From positions 26,784,001 to 26,848,000 of the forward strand of contig OX597824.1 in assembly GCA_951406725.2 (NCBI GenBank): a stretch of DNA of 64,000 bases, given 5' to 3'. The notes below the pieces were generated by a model. It was not told the origin of the DNA, searched no databases, and saw nothing but the letters and a program-made list of their open reading frames with translations. Of the stretch, positions 1 to 12,386 are shown piece after piece; the first letter of the stretch is position 1; the number at the start of each line of letters is the position of its first letter. This DNA comes from Octopus vulgaris (Eukaryota). The position numbers and the translations under genes are program-made.

Positions 1-368
1 AAATCCACTCAGAAGGCTTTGCTGGGCCCGAAGCTATAGTAGCAGACACTTGCCCAAGATACTGCACAGTGGGATTGAACCCAGAATCATGTTACTGTGA
101 AGCAACCTCTTACTTGCACCATGTTCACCTAAATTTTTATTAACATGTTTAACAATATTTACAGGAGTGTGATTGCCAGCATCAAAATTAATATTTTTAT
201 CATAAACATAGCTGTGCAGTTAAGAAGCCCGCTTTGTAACCAAATGATTTTGGTTTCAGTCCTATGGCGCAGTACCTTCTACTACAGCTCTGGATCGAGT
301 AATGCCTTGCAAAAGAGTCTGGTTGATGGAAAGTGTGGGGGAAGCTGCCGTTTATATTTTGTGTATGT

Positions 369-600
369 AAGGCGGCGAGCTGGCAGAAACGTTAACACGT
401 CCGGCGAAATGAGTAGCCGTATTTCGTCTGCCGTTACGCTCTGGATTCAAATTCCGCCGAGGTCGACTTTGCCTTTCATCCTTTCGGGGTCGATAAATTA
501 AGTACCAGTTACGCACTGGGGTCGATATAATCGACTTAATCCGTTCTTCTGTCCTTGTTTGTCCTCTCTGTGTTTAGCCCCTTGTGGATAGTAAAGAAAT
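369..600 (+). mobile_element. SINE family B (tRNA-like head plus Nin/Deu-type central domain)
   Basis: Starts aaggcggcgagctggcagaaacgtt; B-box-like ggattcaaattcc; central gcctttcatcctttcggggtcgataaattaagtaccag resembles the Nin/Deu SINE domain; many copies in the window. Confidence 0.8.
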
Positions 601-980
601 ATATATTTTGTGTATGTATTGTATATGTGTATGTGTGAGTCTTTGTGCCTGAGTTTGTTCTCCTATTTCTTAAGTATGATACGAAGTCTTTAAACACGAA
701 ACAAAGCAAAAAGAATATTGTATTTCCGAGGATCAAGCCATTGAAACAAGACAAATATTGTGAAAGAAGGGACGTTTTAAAATGTGGGTTTATATTAATA
801 GTTGTTTATTCAGGGTTTATTGAATTCCAATAAACAAAGCTGAAAAATTAGTTAAATCGATTACAAGAAATTTTCATCTTTCTATAAAGACCACCTGGCA
901 CCTGATCTGGGTCTATTTTGCAAACGATTCTGTTTGTGATGCGAAAAAAGGATAATTCTCATTGAACAGAAAATATCATC

Positions 981-1140
<160 letters not shown>

Positions 1141-1141
1141 C

Positions 1142-1239
<98 letters not shown>

Positions 1240-2054
1240 GAGAGAAAAAGAGAGCGAGAGAGCTGGGGAGAAAGAGATAGGGAGAGAGAAGGAAATAGAT
1301 TCATATACATATATATATCATATTCTTATATATACATATATTATACAGAAATGTATGTTTGTGTGCGTGTGTACAGAAATCTGAAATGGTAATCCTTTCA
1401 GCAAACACACTGTGCGTGTATAGTGAAAGATGACTCTGAATATCGGGGAAAATTTTCGATAAAAGACGTAATGTTTTATCAGCTGAACAAGCGAAGGAAA
1501 AAAAAATAGCTCTTTAGCTTTTTGCAAGTGCAGGAATGTAATACAAAATACAATGTAATCAACTTCAATTGATCCCGGAAAACGAGGGAAAAACCTTACG
1601 TCAGTCCAATATAGCATTATTCATCCGCTGGTTTATCAGCCGATAAATTTTCCATTGAAGCAGACGTTAACATAAAGGTGACGCTTCTAAATTGTTTCGC
1701 TGCTGATGGACTTGTAGGAAGGAAAAAATGGAAAACGAAATGTCATTTAACTCTTTCCTATTTGCCTCTTACAAAAGTAATGTAGTTTTCTGATCCGATT
1801 TGTTTGGTCATTGTAAAAATCTGAAGTTCGTCATTTGCTGAATATCGATAATTCCAGCCAAATAACTGGACTATTATGTCGATCTTTCTGTATTGTTACA
1901 ATGTGACGATAAGTTGTATATAAAAGTCAAATGTAGAAATAGAAGAAAAAAGAAAACAGACGCCAATAATAATCAAAAGGATGTATAAAATAATGGAATG
2001 GTAAAAATGGTTGTGCAACAGATAAATTCCTTAACAGTATCTGGTTTCATTGCT

Positions 2055-2268
2055 AAAGGCGGCGAGCTGGCAGAAACGTTAGCACGCCGGGCGAAATGCT
2101 TAGCTGTATTTCGTCTGTTGAACGTTCTGAGTTCAAATTCCGCCGAGGTCGACTTTGCCTTTCATCCTTTCAGGGTCGATAAATTAAGTACCAGTTGCCT
2201 ACTGGGGTCGATCTAATCGACTGGTCCCTCCCCCAAATTTTCGGGCCTTGTGCCTAGTGTAGAAAAGA
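2055..2268 (+). mobile_element. SINE family B copy
   Basis: Same head and Nin-type core as 369-600, with alternative 3' end cccaaattttcgggccttgtgcctagtgtagaaaaga. Confidence 0.8.
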
Positions 2269-2540
2269 GTGTCTGGTTTCATTGCTGAGGGTACTGAGAT
2301 CATTTCTTGCCGTAGACGAATTAATCATTGACGTTGTAACATTAAGATAGTTTGGTTGAGTTAAAAGATGGATGAATATAAAATCTGTATGAAATTCCAA
2401 TACAAAATCTTTATCGTTAACAAAAATGTCGTCGTTATGACAAACGACAGAAAGAATAATTTTTTCCAGAGAACAAGTTTAGGAGTTTGTGTGAGATATG
2501 TCAGCAATGATGGTAGAATGTCGCCGTTGAATTGTGTCTC

Positions 2541-2942
2541 TGGCCATGCTGCAGCACCGCCTTTAGTCGACCACAGGACTTATTCTTCTTAAGCCTAGGA
2601 CTTATTTTATAGGTCTCTTTTGCCGAACCGCTAATTTACGGAGACGTAAACACACCAGCATCGGTTATCAAGCGATGTTGGTGGGACAAACACACAACCA
2701 CACACGCACACACACACACACACACAAACATACACACGCACACACTACACACACACACAAACACACACACAAACACACACATATATATATATACATACAC
2801 GACGGGCTTCTTTCCGTTTCCGTCTACAAAGTCGTCTCACGGCCCGAGGGTATAGAAGACACTTGCCCAAGGTTCCACACTGTGAGACTGAACCCGGAAC
2901 CTTGTGATTGGTGAGCAAGCTACTTACCACACAGCTACTCTT

Positions 2943-2946
<4 letters not shown>
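2541..2946 (-). mobile_element. SINE family A copy (tRNA head, internal CA/TA microsatellite, LINE-like tail)
   Basis: Reverse complement matches the family A consensus defined at 54808-55232. Confidence 0.75.
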
Positions 2947-2993
<47 letters not shown>

Positions 2994-3018
2994 CACACAT
3001 ATGTATATAAATATATAG

Positions 3019-5165
3019 TTTACACTGACTTTCGAGAAGTGGCCTATGTCGAAGCTGTTTTGCTCCTGACTAGTGTATGAAGTTTGCCCTTTTTTTATAG
3101 GGATTTCATGGCTCAAATTAGTATGTTTTGAATAGGATTTGATTAGAAGTGGATAGTCACGTGACTGGTCATAAAATTTTTGTAGGTTCCCCGCTACGTC
3201 CCTGTGTTAATATCAAGTGACAATGTTTGGCGTTATAAGTTAAAGTTGACACGCTTGACTGAACAAGTCCAAATAATCAATGCTCTGAATGTTTTCTATC
3301 AGATTGTAGAGAATGAAAACATAATTAAATTTATAAACGTTTGTACTTTTCTCACTACGTCTGTACGTTAGTGTCACGTGACAGTATATTTTGTACCTAA
3401 AAACAAGGCCGACGCGGTTGAGTGAACATTAGTTATAATCAAGATAGACCAAATTTAATCTGTCTGGCTGGAGAGTGGACAGGAATCGTTTGTATGTTGT
3501 CCAATGGTTAAGATTTAGGTGGTTAGATGTGTAGCTTCCTCAGGATAAGTAGCAGAATGAATTTTGTGCGAGAATAGTTATTTTTGTATGTACTCTGCTA
3601 AAGTTTCTTAAGTTTTGGTTTGCACTTTTCTATGAAAGCATTTTCTTTATTTATCCGTGCTTCATCTGTATAAATTCGCTGAACATTGGTAGAGTGGGGA
3701 GACCTGGAAATTGGGAAACTTATTTTTTGCAAATATGTCTATGTGACCACTCAGTGGGATCTGTCTAATACTGGGGTCTTGTATTTGTTTTAGCTGAATG
3801 GTCTATCTATTTCTTACAGTAAGCTTTGTTTGATCTATGTAATCTTCATTACATCCTTGACATTTGATAGCGTATGTTAAAGTCCTTGAAGAACATGTAA
3901 AGTGATTTTTGTGGGTAAAGGTCTAACCTGATTTGAATTTGCATGCCGTGTCTCCAATAAGGTTGATGCAGGGCTCGCAATTGTAGCGGTCACATGTTTT
4001 GACTGTTAGTGTAGGAATTGTGGAAGGCAATTTAGCACTTGTGAGGAATTTTTTGAGGGACTTCGATTGTACTTTACTTTTATTTCGTGTATTTCAAATA
4101 ATTGTTTCATTCTTGGGTCTTGTTTTAGTAGTGGAATGTTATGGTGGATGATATTGTAAACCTTTGTGTTTCTTGGGTCGTGTATTGTAATAAAGGGTAG
4201 ATTGGTGAATGCATCTGGAGCGTTTTTCGTTTCCGTAGTTCTTCGATATTTATTGCTTTGGCACGTTCTATTCGGTTGTCTATTAGCATTAATGAATATT
4301 TTCTTTTAAGTAGTACTTGTTTTAGTTCCTGCATTCTTTTATGGTGAATTTCAGCATTTGAAACAGTTGTGTAGATTCTTCTTGCTAGATTGAAGGGGCT
4401 ATTATTCCTCGTGTTTGGAATGGAAAGAGGAGTTTAGTAAGTTGTATTTAGAATCTGTTTGTTTGTTGTGAATATCTGTTTCAATGATTTTATCTCTTTT
4501 GATGATTAGTATATTCAGGAACAGTTGTTGAGTTTTACTGTATTCGATGGTAAAGTTAATATTATTGTTTATGTTGTTGATTAAATTTTTGAAATCTGTA
4601 AGTTGTTCCACTGTGTACGTTCATAGGATTAGGCAGTCATCTAAGTAACGTTTCCAGTTTTCTTGTAAATATTTGTGGAACTTCAAGCAATATATTAATG
4701 TAGATTTTGCATATATCTAGATCTCCATGTAAACCATGACTAGATTGTCGTACGTCGGGGCAACTTTTGTCCCTATCGCAGTCCCAGATAATTGTTTGTA
4801 AATATTGCCATCGAAGTAAAAAAAAGTCGTTTTCGAGGATAAACTTTAATCCATCTGTGATGAAACTCTTTTCAATTGTGTCGGAATTTTCTGAGGGAAT
4901 TTTTCAAGTAGGAAACCGATAAAAATTTATAAGACTAGCCATGTGACTATCCTCTACCAATCAAATCCTACTCAAAACATATACTAATTTGAGCCTTGAA
5001 CTCCCTACAGAGCAACAGTCAAACACTAGTCAGAAGCAAAACAGCTGCGACATAAGCCACGTGATTCTCTTTGAACTTTTTGAAAATCAGTATAAGCTGT
5101 GAAACCGGTTAAATATTTTAATAAAAATATTTTAACTATTCTAAGTGCATTTTCAGCTTCTATTT
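3019..5165 (-). mobile_element. Degenerate 5'-truncated Penelope-like element (RT plus GIY-YIG endonuclease) with inverted pLTR
   Basis: Minus strand translates to YKQLSGTAIGTKVAPTYDNLVM (~4735-4800), WKRYLDDCLIL (~4625-4657), thumb-like ORFs 4402-4611 and 4125-4334, and YAIKCQGCNEDYIDQT (GIY-YIG-like, ~3828-3875); stops and frameshifts present; 3019-3190 and 4911-5095 are inverted copies of each other. Confidence 0.88.
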
Positions 5166-5852
5166 TCCTATATATATATATATATGCAGAGAACGAACGA
5201 GAGGGGGAAAAGGAAGAGAGAAAGCTTTCTTGAAACTGTATTTATGTGTGTAAATTACTTTCACAACAAAGAAAAACCGAAAATCTCGGAACATCATCGA
5301 TTACTATCCGTAAATGACAAAGCCACCAGACGTACGATCTAAGGTATTATTCGGTACATGTTTATTCAAAACATTATAATTTGTATAGAGATCAAGGAGA
5401 TTATCGGCGGGGTGGGTGGAGAGAATTTGACCCTTAAGTAAATCTGTTATGCAGCTTAAAATTCTTGCTTTGCCAGGGAACGAAACAAATAAAATGTGAT
5501 AAAATGATAATAGTTCTGATATAGATTTAGTTGTTATGTTGAAGTGTGACATATTTTAATTTCTAGGATACAAGTTTTGTTGCTAATTTTTTTCGAAGTC
5601 AGAAGAGGGTACGCCCGACGCTCGTTTAGTAATATTAAGAAGCGGGATATAGGGTAAGACAAGGGAGAAATATCTTTGTTGGGTGGGGTTTGGATTACGG
5701 AAACTATAGAGTAAGTCAGGAATAAATTATACTTAATCATTTTCAAACGATTTATACATACATATGTTTGTGCGTATGTGTGTGTTTGTATGTGTGTGTA
5801 TATATATGCGTGTGTGTGTGTGTGAGTGTGTGTGTGTGTGTGTATGTGCATT

Positions 5853-6002
5853 CGTGGTAAGAAGCCTGATTCCCAACCACATGGTTCCGGGTCCAGTCCC
5901 ATTGCGTAGCACCTTCGACAGTATCTTCTACTATAGCCCCGGCTACCAAACTCTTGTGAATGAATTTGGTTGATGGAAACTGAAGAAGCCTGTCGTATGG
6001 GC

Positions 6003-6060
<58 letters not shown>

Positions 6061-6243
6061 CTTTGTGTCTGTGTTTATCCCACTCCGTAACTTAGCGGTC
6101 CAGCAAAGAAACCGCTAGAATAAGTACTGGGATTAAAAACAAAACAAGTAATGTGGTCGATACAGTCGACTAAAAATTATCCAAGACGGTGCTCCAGCAT
6201 GACCACGGTCTAATGACCGAAACAAGTAAAAGAATAAAAGAAT
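5853..6243 (+). mobile_element. SINE family A copy (diverged)
   Basis: caaccacatggttccgggtccagtccc head through cggtgctccagcatgaccacggtctaatgaccgaaacaagtaaaagaataaaaga tail. Confidence 0.7.
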
Positions 6244-6326
6244 ATGCATACATACGTATATATACACACACACACACATACACACGCACACACACACACA
6301 CGCGCGCACATATATATATATATATA

Positions 6327-6599
6327 CTAGCTGGTCTCGTGCCGTCGAAAATGACGGCTAATTGTAGTATTTTATGTATAAATATGGATGGTAAATCAAA
6401 TTAATACACTTGTCAATGTTCACATACATCCACATACTTCACTTGTACACGCACACATATACACACATACTCACATAGAGTTGAAACACTCCTACTACCA
6501 GCTTGCCATCACCCCTTCCTTTCTTATTCGTGTATCACCACTTCCTTTCTCATTCATATGTTGTGACGGAGAAAAACGCAAAAGTATTATTATAGTATA
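6327..6599 (-). mobile_element. Non-autonomous Helitron-like element
   Basis: On the minus strand a gccgtc/gacggc hairpin (6341-6358) lies ~10 nt before terminal CTAG followed by T (6327-6330), matching the canonical Helitron 3' end; the other end reads tatactataataata within (TA)n. Confidence 0.5.
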
Positions 6600-6646
6600 T
6601 ATATATATATGTATATATTACTCCACTTGAGGTAGAGTAATATGCT

Positions 6647-6744
6647 TTATTTAAAAGCGGTAGTTTTGTTAAAAACCGTCCGACGAACGGGAACGTGAAA
6701 CTCCGAGTAACAGTTTTTGTTATATTTCTGTTGCTTTTAAATAA
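6647..6744 (+). ncRNA. Type I hammerhead ribozyme motif (family 2, CCGACGA core, long stem I)
   Basis: aaaaaccgt-CCGACGA(6680-6686)-acg-ggaa-cgt-GAAA(6697-6700)-ctc-c-gag-TA(6708-6709)-acagttttt; outer stem ttatttaaaagcggtag (6647-6663) pairs with ctgttgcttttaaataa (6728-6744). Confidence 0.7.
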
Positions 6745-6748
6745 TGTG

Positions 6749-6797
<49 letters not shown>

Positions 6798-6798
<1 letters not shown>

Positions 6799-6994
6799 GT
6801 GACCGCGTGTGTACCGTTGGCGATTTTTCCCCTCTGTCTTCCCTTCTCTGGATCTTTCCGTCTCCTATGTTTCCGACGAAGAGCTCCGCTCGAAACGTTA
6901 GACCCTCCTTCTTTCCTGAGCGTCCAATAATACTATATTTGTTCGACGTCCTCGCGTTGTTGTGTTTTTTTTTTGTGCTTTCTTGTTTGGATTA

Positions 6995-6997
<3 letters not shown>
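6798..6997 (+). mobile_element. ~200-bp PLE-terminus-like repeat carrying a minimal hammerhead (family 1), copy 1
   Basis: gttt-CCGACGA-a-gagc-tcc-gctc-GAAA-cgtt-agac at 6869-6903; flanked by (TA)n; homologous to 32775-32956 and 45144-45290. Confidence 0.72.
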
Positions 6998-7039
<42 letters not shown>

Positions 7040-7269
7040 ATACATGCATATATGTATATATATGCATTACTAATCCTACTTGAAATTCTAGCTATTGTTT
7101 ATTTATTTATTCGTTAATCCGTAAAATAAAATAGAAAGGCAAAAAATAAACAGGAAACCAAAACAAAATATCAACAATAACTAAACAAAACTAACAGTAT
7201 TATCCTTGACACACACAAACAATATCAAAAACAAAACCAAAGCTATTCTCCGTAGCTAAGTGAAATCGA

Positions 7270-7301
<32 letters not shown>

Positions 7302-7920
7302 AGAAAGAAAGAAAGAAGCAGATAAATATATTGCTGACTAGACACAGTGGATGTAGGCCTGGATTTTGCTGGAAGACAGAACCACTTAGAAGCTGACAGC
7401 AAGCACTAAAGCAGGAGAAAGGCATTTGAGATTTGAGAAAACAGCCACCTTCGCTGGTTAAGGTGTATTCGTACCGATAAATGATGGAAGGCGTTTAGGA
7501 GTTTAAGTAATTGATGTTTAAGGATGATGGAAGAGGGACTAAGCAACGGAGAAGACAGATTACGTATCGCCGTTTATATATGTGTGTATGTATGTATGTA
7601 TGTATGTATGTATGTACACACTCACACATATACATACATGCATACATAAATACATACATCATAGAAACAGTTATAGATCTGTATATACATAAAGCCATAC
7701 ATTGTTACATAATACAAATAATCTTGCGGATAGATGCAGGACCATTTTAGCAATACTGAGGCTCTTAGTATCTGCACACATTGCATAACTGTCATATGTG
7801 TGTTTGTGTGTGCTTCTGTCTCTTTGTCCCTCTGTCTCTGTCTGTCTGTCTGTCTGTCTCTCCCTCTTTATCTGTATATATATCTGTGTGTATATATATA
7901 TATATATATATATGTATGTT

Positions 7921-7975
<55 letters not shown>

Positions 7976-8204
7976 TTACATATAAAAGCGATGACCTGTA
8001 AGTGGACATCCATTATGCTAGAAGAAGATCCGCTATGGTCTTACCACTAAGAAAGGAATGTTTTCAAGGAATGTTCACAGGTAATCCCTTTTATATGCAT
8101 GTAATATAATTTTTTCTGAAACTTCAGATTTTTAAATATGCTAGACCACTGGTTTTAAATTGATATTAATCAAATTAATATTCAATTTTTCACCCTTATT
8201 ATTT

Positions 8205-8261
<57 letters not shown>

Positions 8262-8399
8262 TAAAATTCAGTTGAATTAGGTACTTAAATTGAATGAACC
8301 CGGAAGCATGTGGTTGGTAAGCAAGCTACTTACCACACAGTCACTCCTGCGCCTATATATATATCATAGATTATAAGTGCACACACATATATCATACAT

Positions 8400-8442
<43 letters not shown>

Positions 8443-8453
8443 AATATACCTAC

Positions 8454-8498
<45 letters not shown>

Positions 8499-9320
8499 CA
8501 TAAAAAACTTACGCTTTCTCGTAATACATGGTGAAGAGTGAATGAAAGTGACTTCCTGTAGTCTGATAGTTTTATTACCTCCTGTTGTCATCCACAATGA
8601 AGTGTGCAGCGGAACTAAGAGTGCGAATGGCTCAGGTGAAAGAGTACCGGGCGACTAACTAGGGCGATTGACACTTCAGAACCCTGCCAGCATGAAGAAG
8701 GCTCTTAACTCACAGCGCTTAAGTTTATATTGCTGACTGTAGGTAATGTGACGTGTTGTTGTTGTTACTGACCTTGTTGTACTTTTTGTTGTTGTTACTG
8801 CCGGTATTCTGATCGTCGTTGTCACCGTTGAACCTTGATCTCACTTCACCATCAGTTTAGATGACCTGTAATCAAAAGTGCTCCACCATAACCAATAACC
8901 CGATATTTTCTAGGACAATACATTTCTAAAGCGCCACATTACTCCATTTTCAAGATGGTAGGGAGTAGAGTAGAAGAAGATTTGACTGCTATTCCTAAAA
9001 ATGTACGCACGAAGAAGTTTCCACATGATTGTCGTTGCCTAGCTCTGCGGCAGCTCTGATCAAGCAGAATTATAATCAAAGACATTTCAACCAATGTTTA
9101 AACGTCGTTTAAAATGTAACACGAAATTCTTATATCCTGTTAAACACTTTATTATGTCCTCGATTTCGTTCCATAGATAAGGTTCTATAAAGCGTAATAC
9201 TCCGAGTTCTTCCTCTGTACTAGGGACCTCAATTTTCTACATAGTTTAAACTACTTTAAGACAGTGGATCTCCACAGGGGCACACATGTCATTTGGTGGC
9301 TTATACAATATTTTATTGCT

Positions 9321-9717
9321 GAGTTGTTGTGTGGTAAGTAGCTTGCTTACAAACCACATGGTTCCGGGTTCAGTCCCACTGCGTGGCACCTTGAGCGAGT
9401 GTCTTCTACTATAGCCTCGGGCCGACCAAAGCCTTGTGAGTGGATTTAGTTGACAGAAACTGAAAGAAGCCTGTAGTATATATGAATATATATGTATATC
9501 TGTGTATATGTTTGTGTGATTGTGTTTGTCCCCCCAACATCGCTTGACAACTGATGGTGGTGTGTTTACGTTCCCATAATATCGGTTCGGCACAAGACAC
9601 CGATAGAATAAATACTCGGCTTACAAAAAATAAGTCCTGGGGTCGATTTACTCGACTAAAGGCAGTGCTCCAGCATGGCCGCAGTCAAATGACTGAAATA
9701 AGTAAAAGAGAGTAAAA
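9321..9717 (+). mobile_element. SINE family A copy
   Basis: Near full-length match to the family A consensus. Confidence 0.8.
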
Positions 9718-9962
9718 AAAGTGAGAATATATATATATATGTATATGTGCGTGTGTGTATGTGTGACAGAGAGAGAAATTTTATGAAGTGGACAAAAAAA
9801 CATGCAATATCTCGTGTAATACGTATAGAAAATCGGTCTCATCATTGAGATTGGATTTTCATCAATCTATATTTGAAGGCTTGCCACCTCCGACCCTAAG
9901 TCAAGAAAAGGTGGAGAGTCCCTCTCCACAGGACGTCCCGATCTAAAAGGTAAGTCACGTCT

Positions 9963-10537
9963 ATTCACATTGGTTGTATAAATGTCCGTGGCCTGATGTC
10001 GAGCTGGAAGCAAGGGCGCTTCCTAAATGACATCAGGTCAAGAAATTTGGAAGTAATTGTTGCAACGGAAACCCGGGTGAAGGAGCTAAGAGATCTTCTC
10101 CCCCTCCTGAACGGCTACGAGAAATACGTTCCTCCAAGTCGGGCGAGAGGTGGGGGCGGGGTGTTGGTCCTACTAAAAAGAAACCCGGTAACCAAGAAAA
10201 AGCTTTTTTTCTGATCTGGAAGGCAGGCTGGTCGTTCTAGATCTGACGTTCACTTGTGGCAAGACAATCAGGCTGGTTGCAATTTATGCACCCAACGTTA
10301 TGGGTTCGCAAAGTGAATATTTTCGTGAACTGGGCAAGTTGCTGGCCATGTCGCATTCGTTTGTATTCATACAATTTGTGACGCACGCACAGATTGTGTT
10401 GGCTCAAAACATGAATAGAAAATGTAACCCTGGCATTCGAGATCTGCTAAGTCACTTTTAACTGGCAGATACATATAGGTTGGAATATTCGAACACTCCA
10501 CAGTGGACGTAGTCAAATAGTGACGGGTCTTCCAGAA
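9963..10537 (+). pseudogene. AP endonuclease domain (ORF2 N-terminus) of a Tx1/L1-clade LINE, decayed
   Basis: IHIGCINVRGL...EVIVATETRV...GGGGVLVLLK, then after a frameshift DLEGRLVVLDL...IRLVAIYAPN and WT*SNSDGSSR; these are non-LTR APE motifs. Confidence 0.8.
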
Positions 10538-10984
10538 CAATTTACATTAGAATGTGTGTGCTAAATTTCTTTATCCTACCTTAAGTTTATTTTGAATAAT
10601 TAAGAAATATCAATGCGTAATCTTTCACACACACACACACACACGCATACACGCACATATGTGTTTATGTGTGTGTGTAGGCGGGGCATTCATGCGTGTG
10701 TACGTACGTGTGTGGGCGTGTGTGTGTAACAAAACACACGACAAGTGTAACAGCTTTTACTTTTAACGACATCTCATTTCCTTCCTCCCATTCCTAAAAA
10801 CACAGAAGCATATAAACATACGCAGACACACACACACACACACCACACACGCACACACACACACACATACACACACACGTACACACACGATCGCATGCAC
10901 ATAATGACACACATACGTACATACACACTTACACACATGCTTAGAAACAACAATAATAAAAATGATAATAGCAGTTACAAATTT

Positions 10985-11369
10985 TGCCACAAGGGTAACA
11001 GTTTTGGGGTAGTGGATGAGTCGATTACATTGACACCAGTGCGTAACTGGTACTTATTTAATCGCCCCCGAAAGGATGAAAGGCAATGTCGACCTCGGCG
11101 GAATTTCAACTCAGAACGTAGCGCCAGATGAAATACCTGTTTCTTTACTACCCACAAGGGGCTAAACACAGAGAGGACAAACAAGGACAGACAAAGGGAT
11201 TAAGTCGATTATATCGACCTCAGTGCGTAACTGGTACTTATTTATTCGACCCCGAAAGGATGAAAGGCAAAGTCGACCTCGGCGGAATTCGAACTCAGAA
11301 CGTAGCAGCAGACGAAATACCGCTAAGCATTTCTCCCGGCGTGCTAACTTTTCTGCCAGCTCGCCGCCT

Positions 11370-11371
<2 letters not shown>
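10985..11371 (-). mobile_element. SINE family B, tandem copies
   Basis: Two reverse-complement Nin-type cores (ccccgaaaggatgaaaggcaaagtcgacctcggcggaatt), ending gccagctcgccgcctt. Confidence 0.8.
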
Positions 11372-11428
<57 letters not shown>

Positions 11429-11652
11429 TATAATAATAACAACATCAACAGCAAAACAACAACAACAACAACAATAACATTGCGCTCATACTATTCGGAA
11501 AATGAAATAATACAAGTCCACTAAATCTATATAAATATATAATAATGAACACAGACATATAACACACATGAGGAAAATACGCACACACACGCACGCGCAC
11601 ACGCAAACATATAAACACTCGCAAAACATATAAATATTAATCAATAACGTAA

Positions 11653-11740
11653 CACTTCCCTGGCGGAAGTGCTGTGACATGTGACCTGTAGCCGCCAATT
11701 CCTCCATCTTAAAAACACACTGTCAGCTGTCAAACTGCTG
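11653..11740. promoter_or_regulatory. Candidate promoter/enhancer motif cluster
   Basis: Inverted ETS-like pair cacttcc-N5-ggaagtg (11653-11671), E-box catgtgac, gccaat, YY1-like ccatctt and tgtcagctgtca within 90 bp of non-repeat sequence. Confidence 0.3.
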
Positions 11741-11889
11741 CAGACTGATATTGTCACTGTTAACGGATGCTTTTCTGCAAGACCATTTCAATCCCATCAG
11801 TGCTGTTCTCCTCCTGTACACTCTCCCCTAATCACCCTTACCATATTCTCCATTCATTCAGCCTTCAGCCAGCGAAGCAGACGACCGAT

Positions 11890-11934
11890 GCGCCAGCCAG
11901 CCAGCCAGTCAGCAGGCGAAGCAGACGACCGACG

Positions 11935-11993
<59 letters not shown>

Positions 11994-12000
11994 AAGCCAG
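11890..12000. repeat. (GCCA)n tetranucleotide repeat
   Basis: gccagccagcca... runs. Confidence 0.9.
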
Positions 12001-12163
12001 ACCCTCTCAGCCACAGCAGACGATGATCTCTACATTAACCACCTCTTCCTGCCCCTCTGTCTCATCGCAGATTTCCCCTTCTCCTCTCACTATGGCTTAA
12101 CTACTCTAATTACTTTTGGCTTTATTTTCTGGTTTATTTTTCTTGGTATTCGTTCCTAAATAT

Positions 12164-12343
12164 GAGTGGTTGTGTGGTAAGTAGCTTGCCTACCAACCAC
12201 ATGGTTCAGTCCCACTGCGTGGCATCTTGGGCAAGTGTCTTCTGCTATAGCCCCGGGCCGACCAATGCCTTGTGAGTGGATTTGGTAGACGGAAACTGAA
12301 AGAAGCCTGTCGTGTATATGTATATATATAACCAACTTTCTTA

Positions 12344-12386
<43 letters not shown>

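Noticed and set aside
8513-8740. Possible minus-strand exon ending at gtaagt (8507-8512)
   Set aside because: No convincing acceptor and no recognisable peptide in any frame
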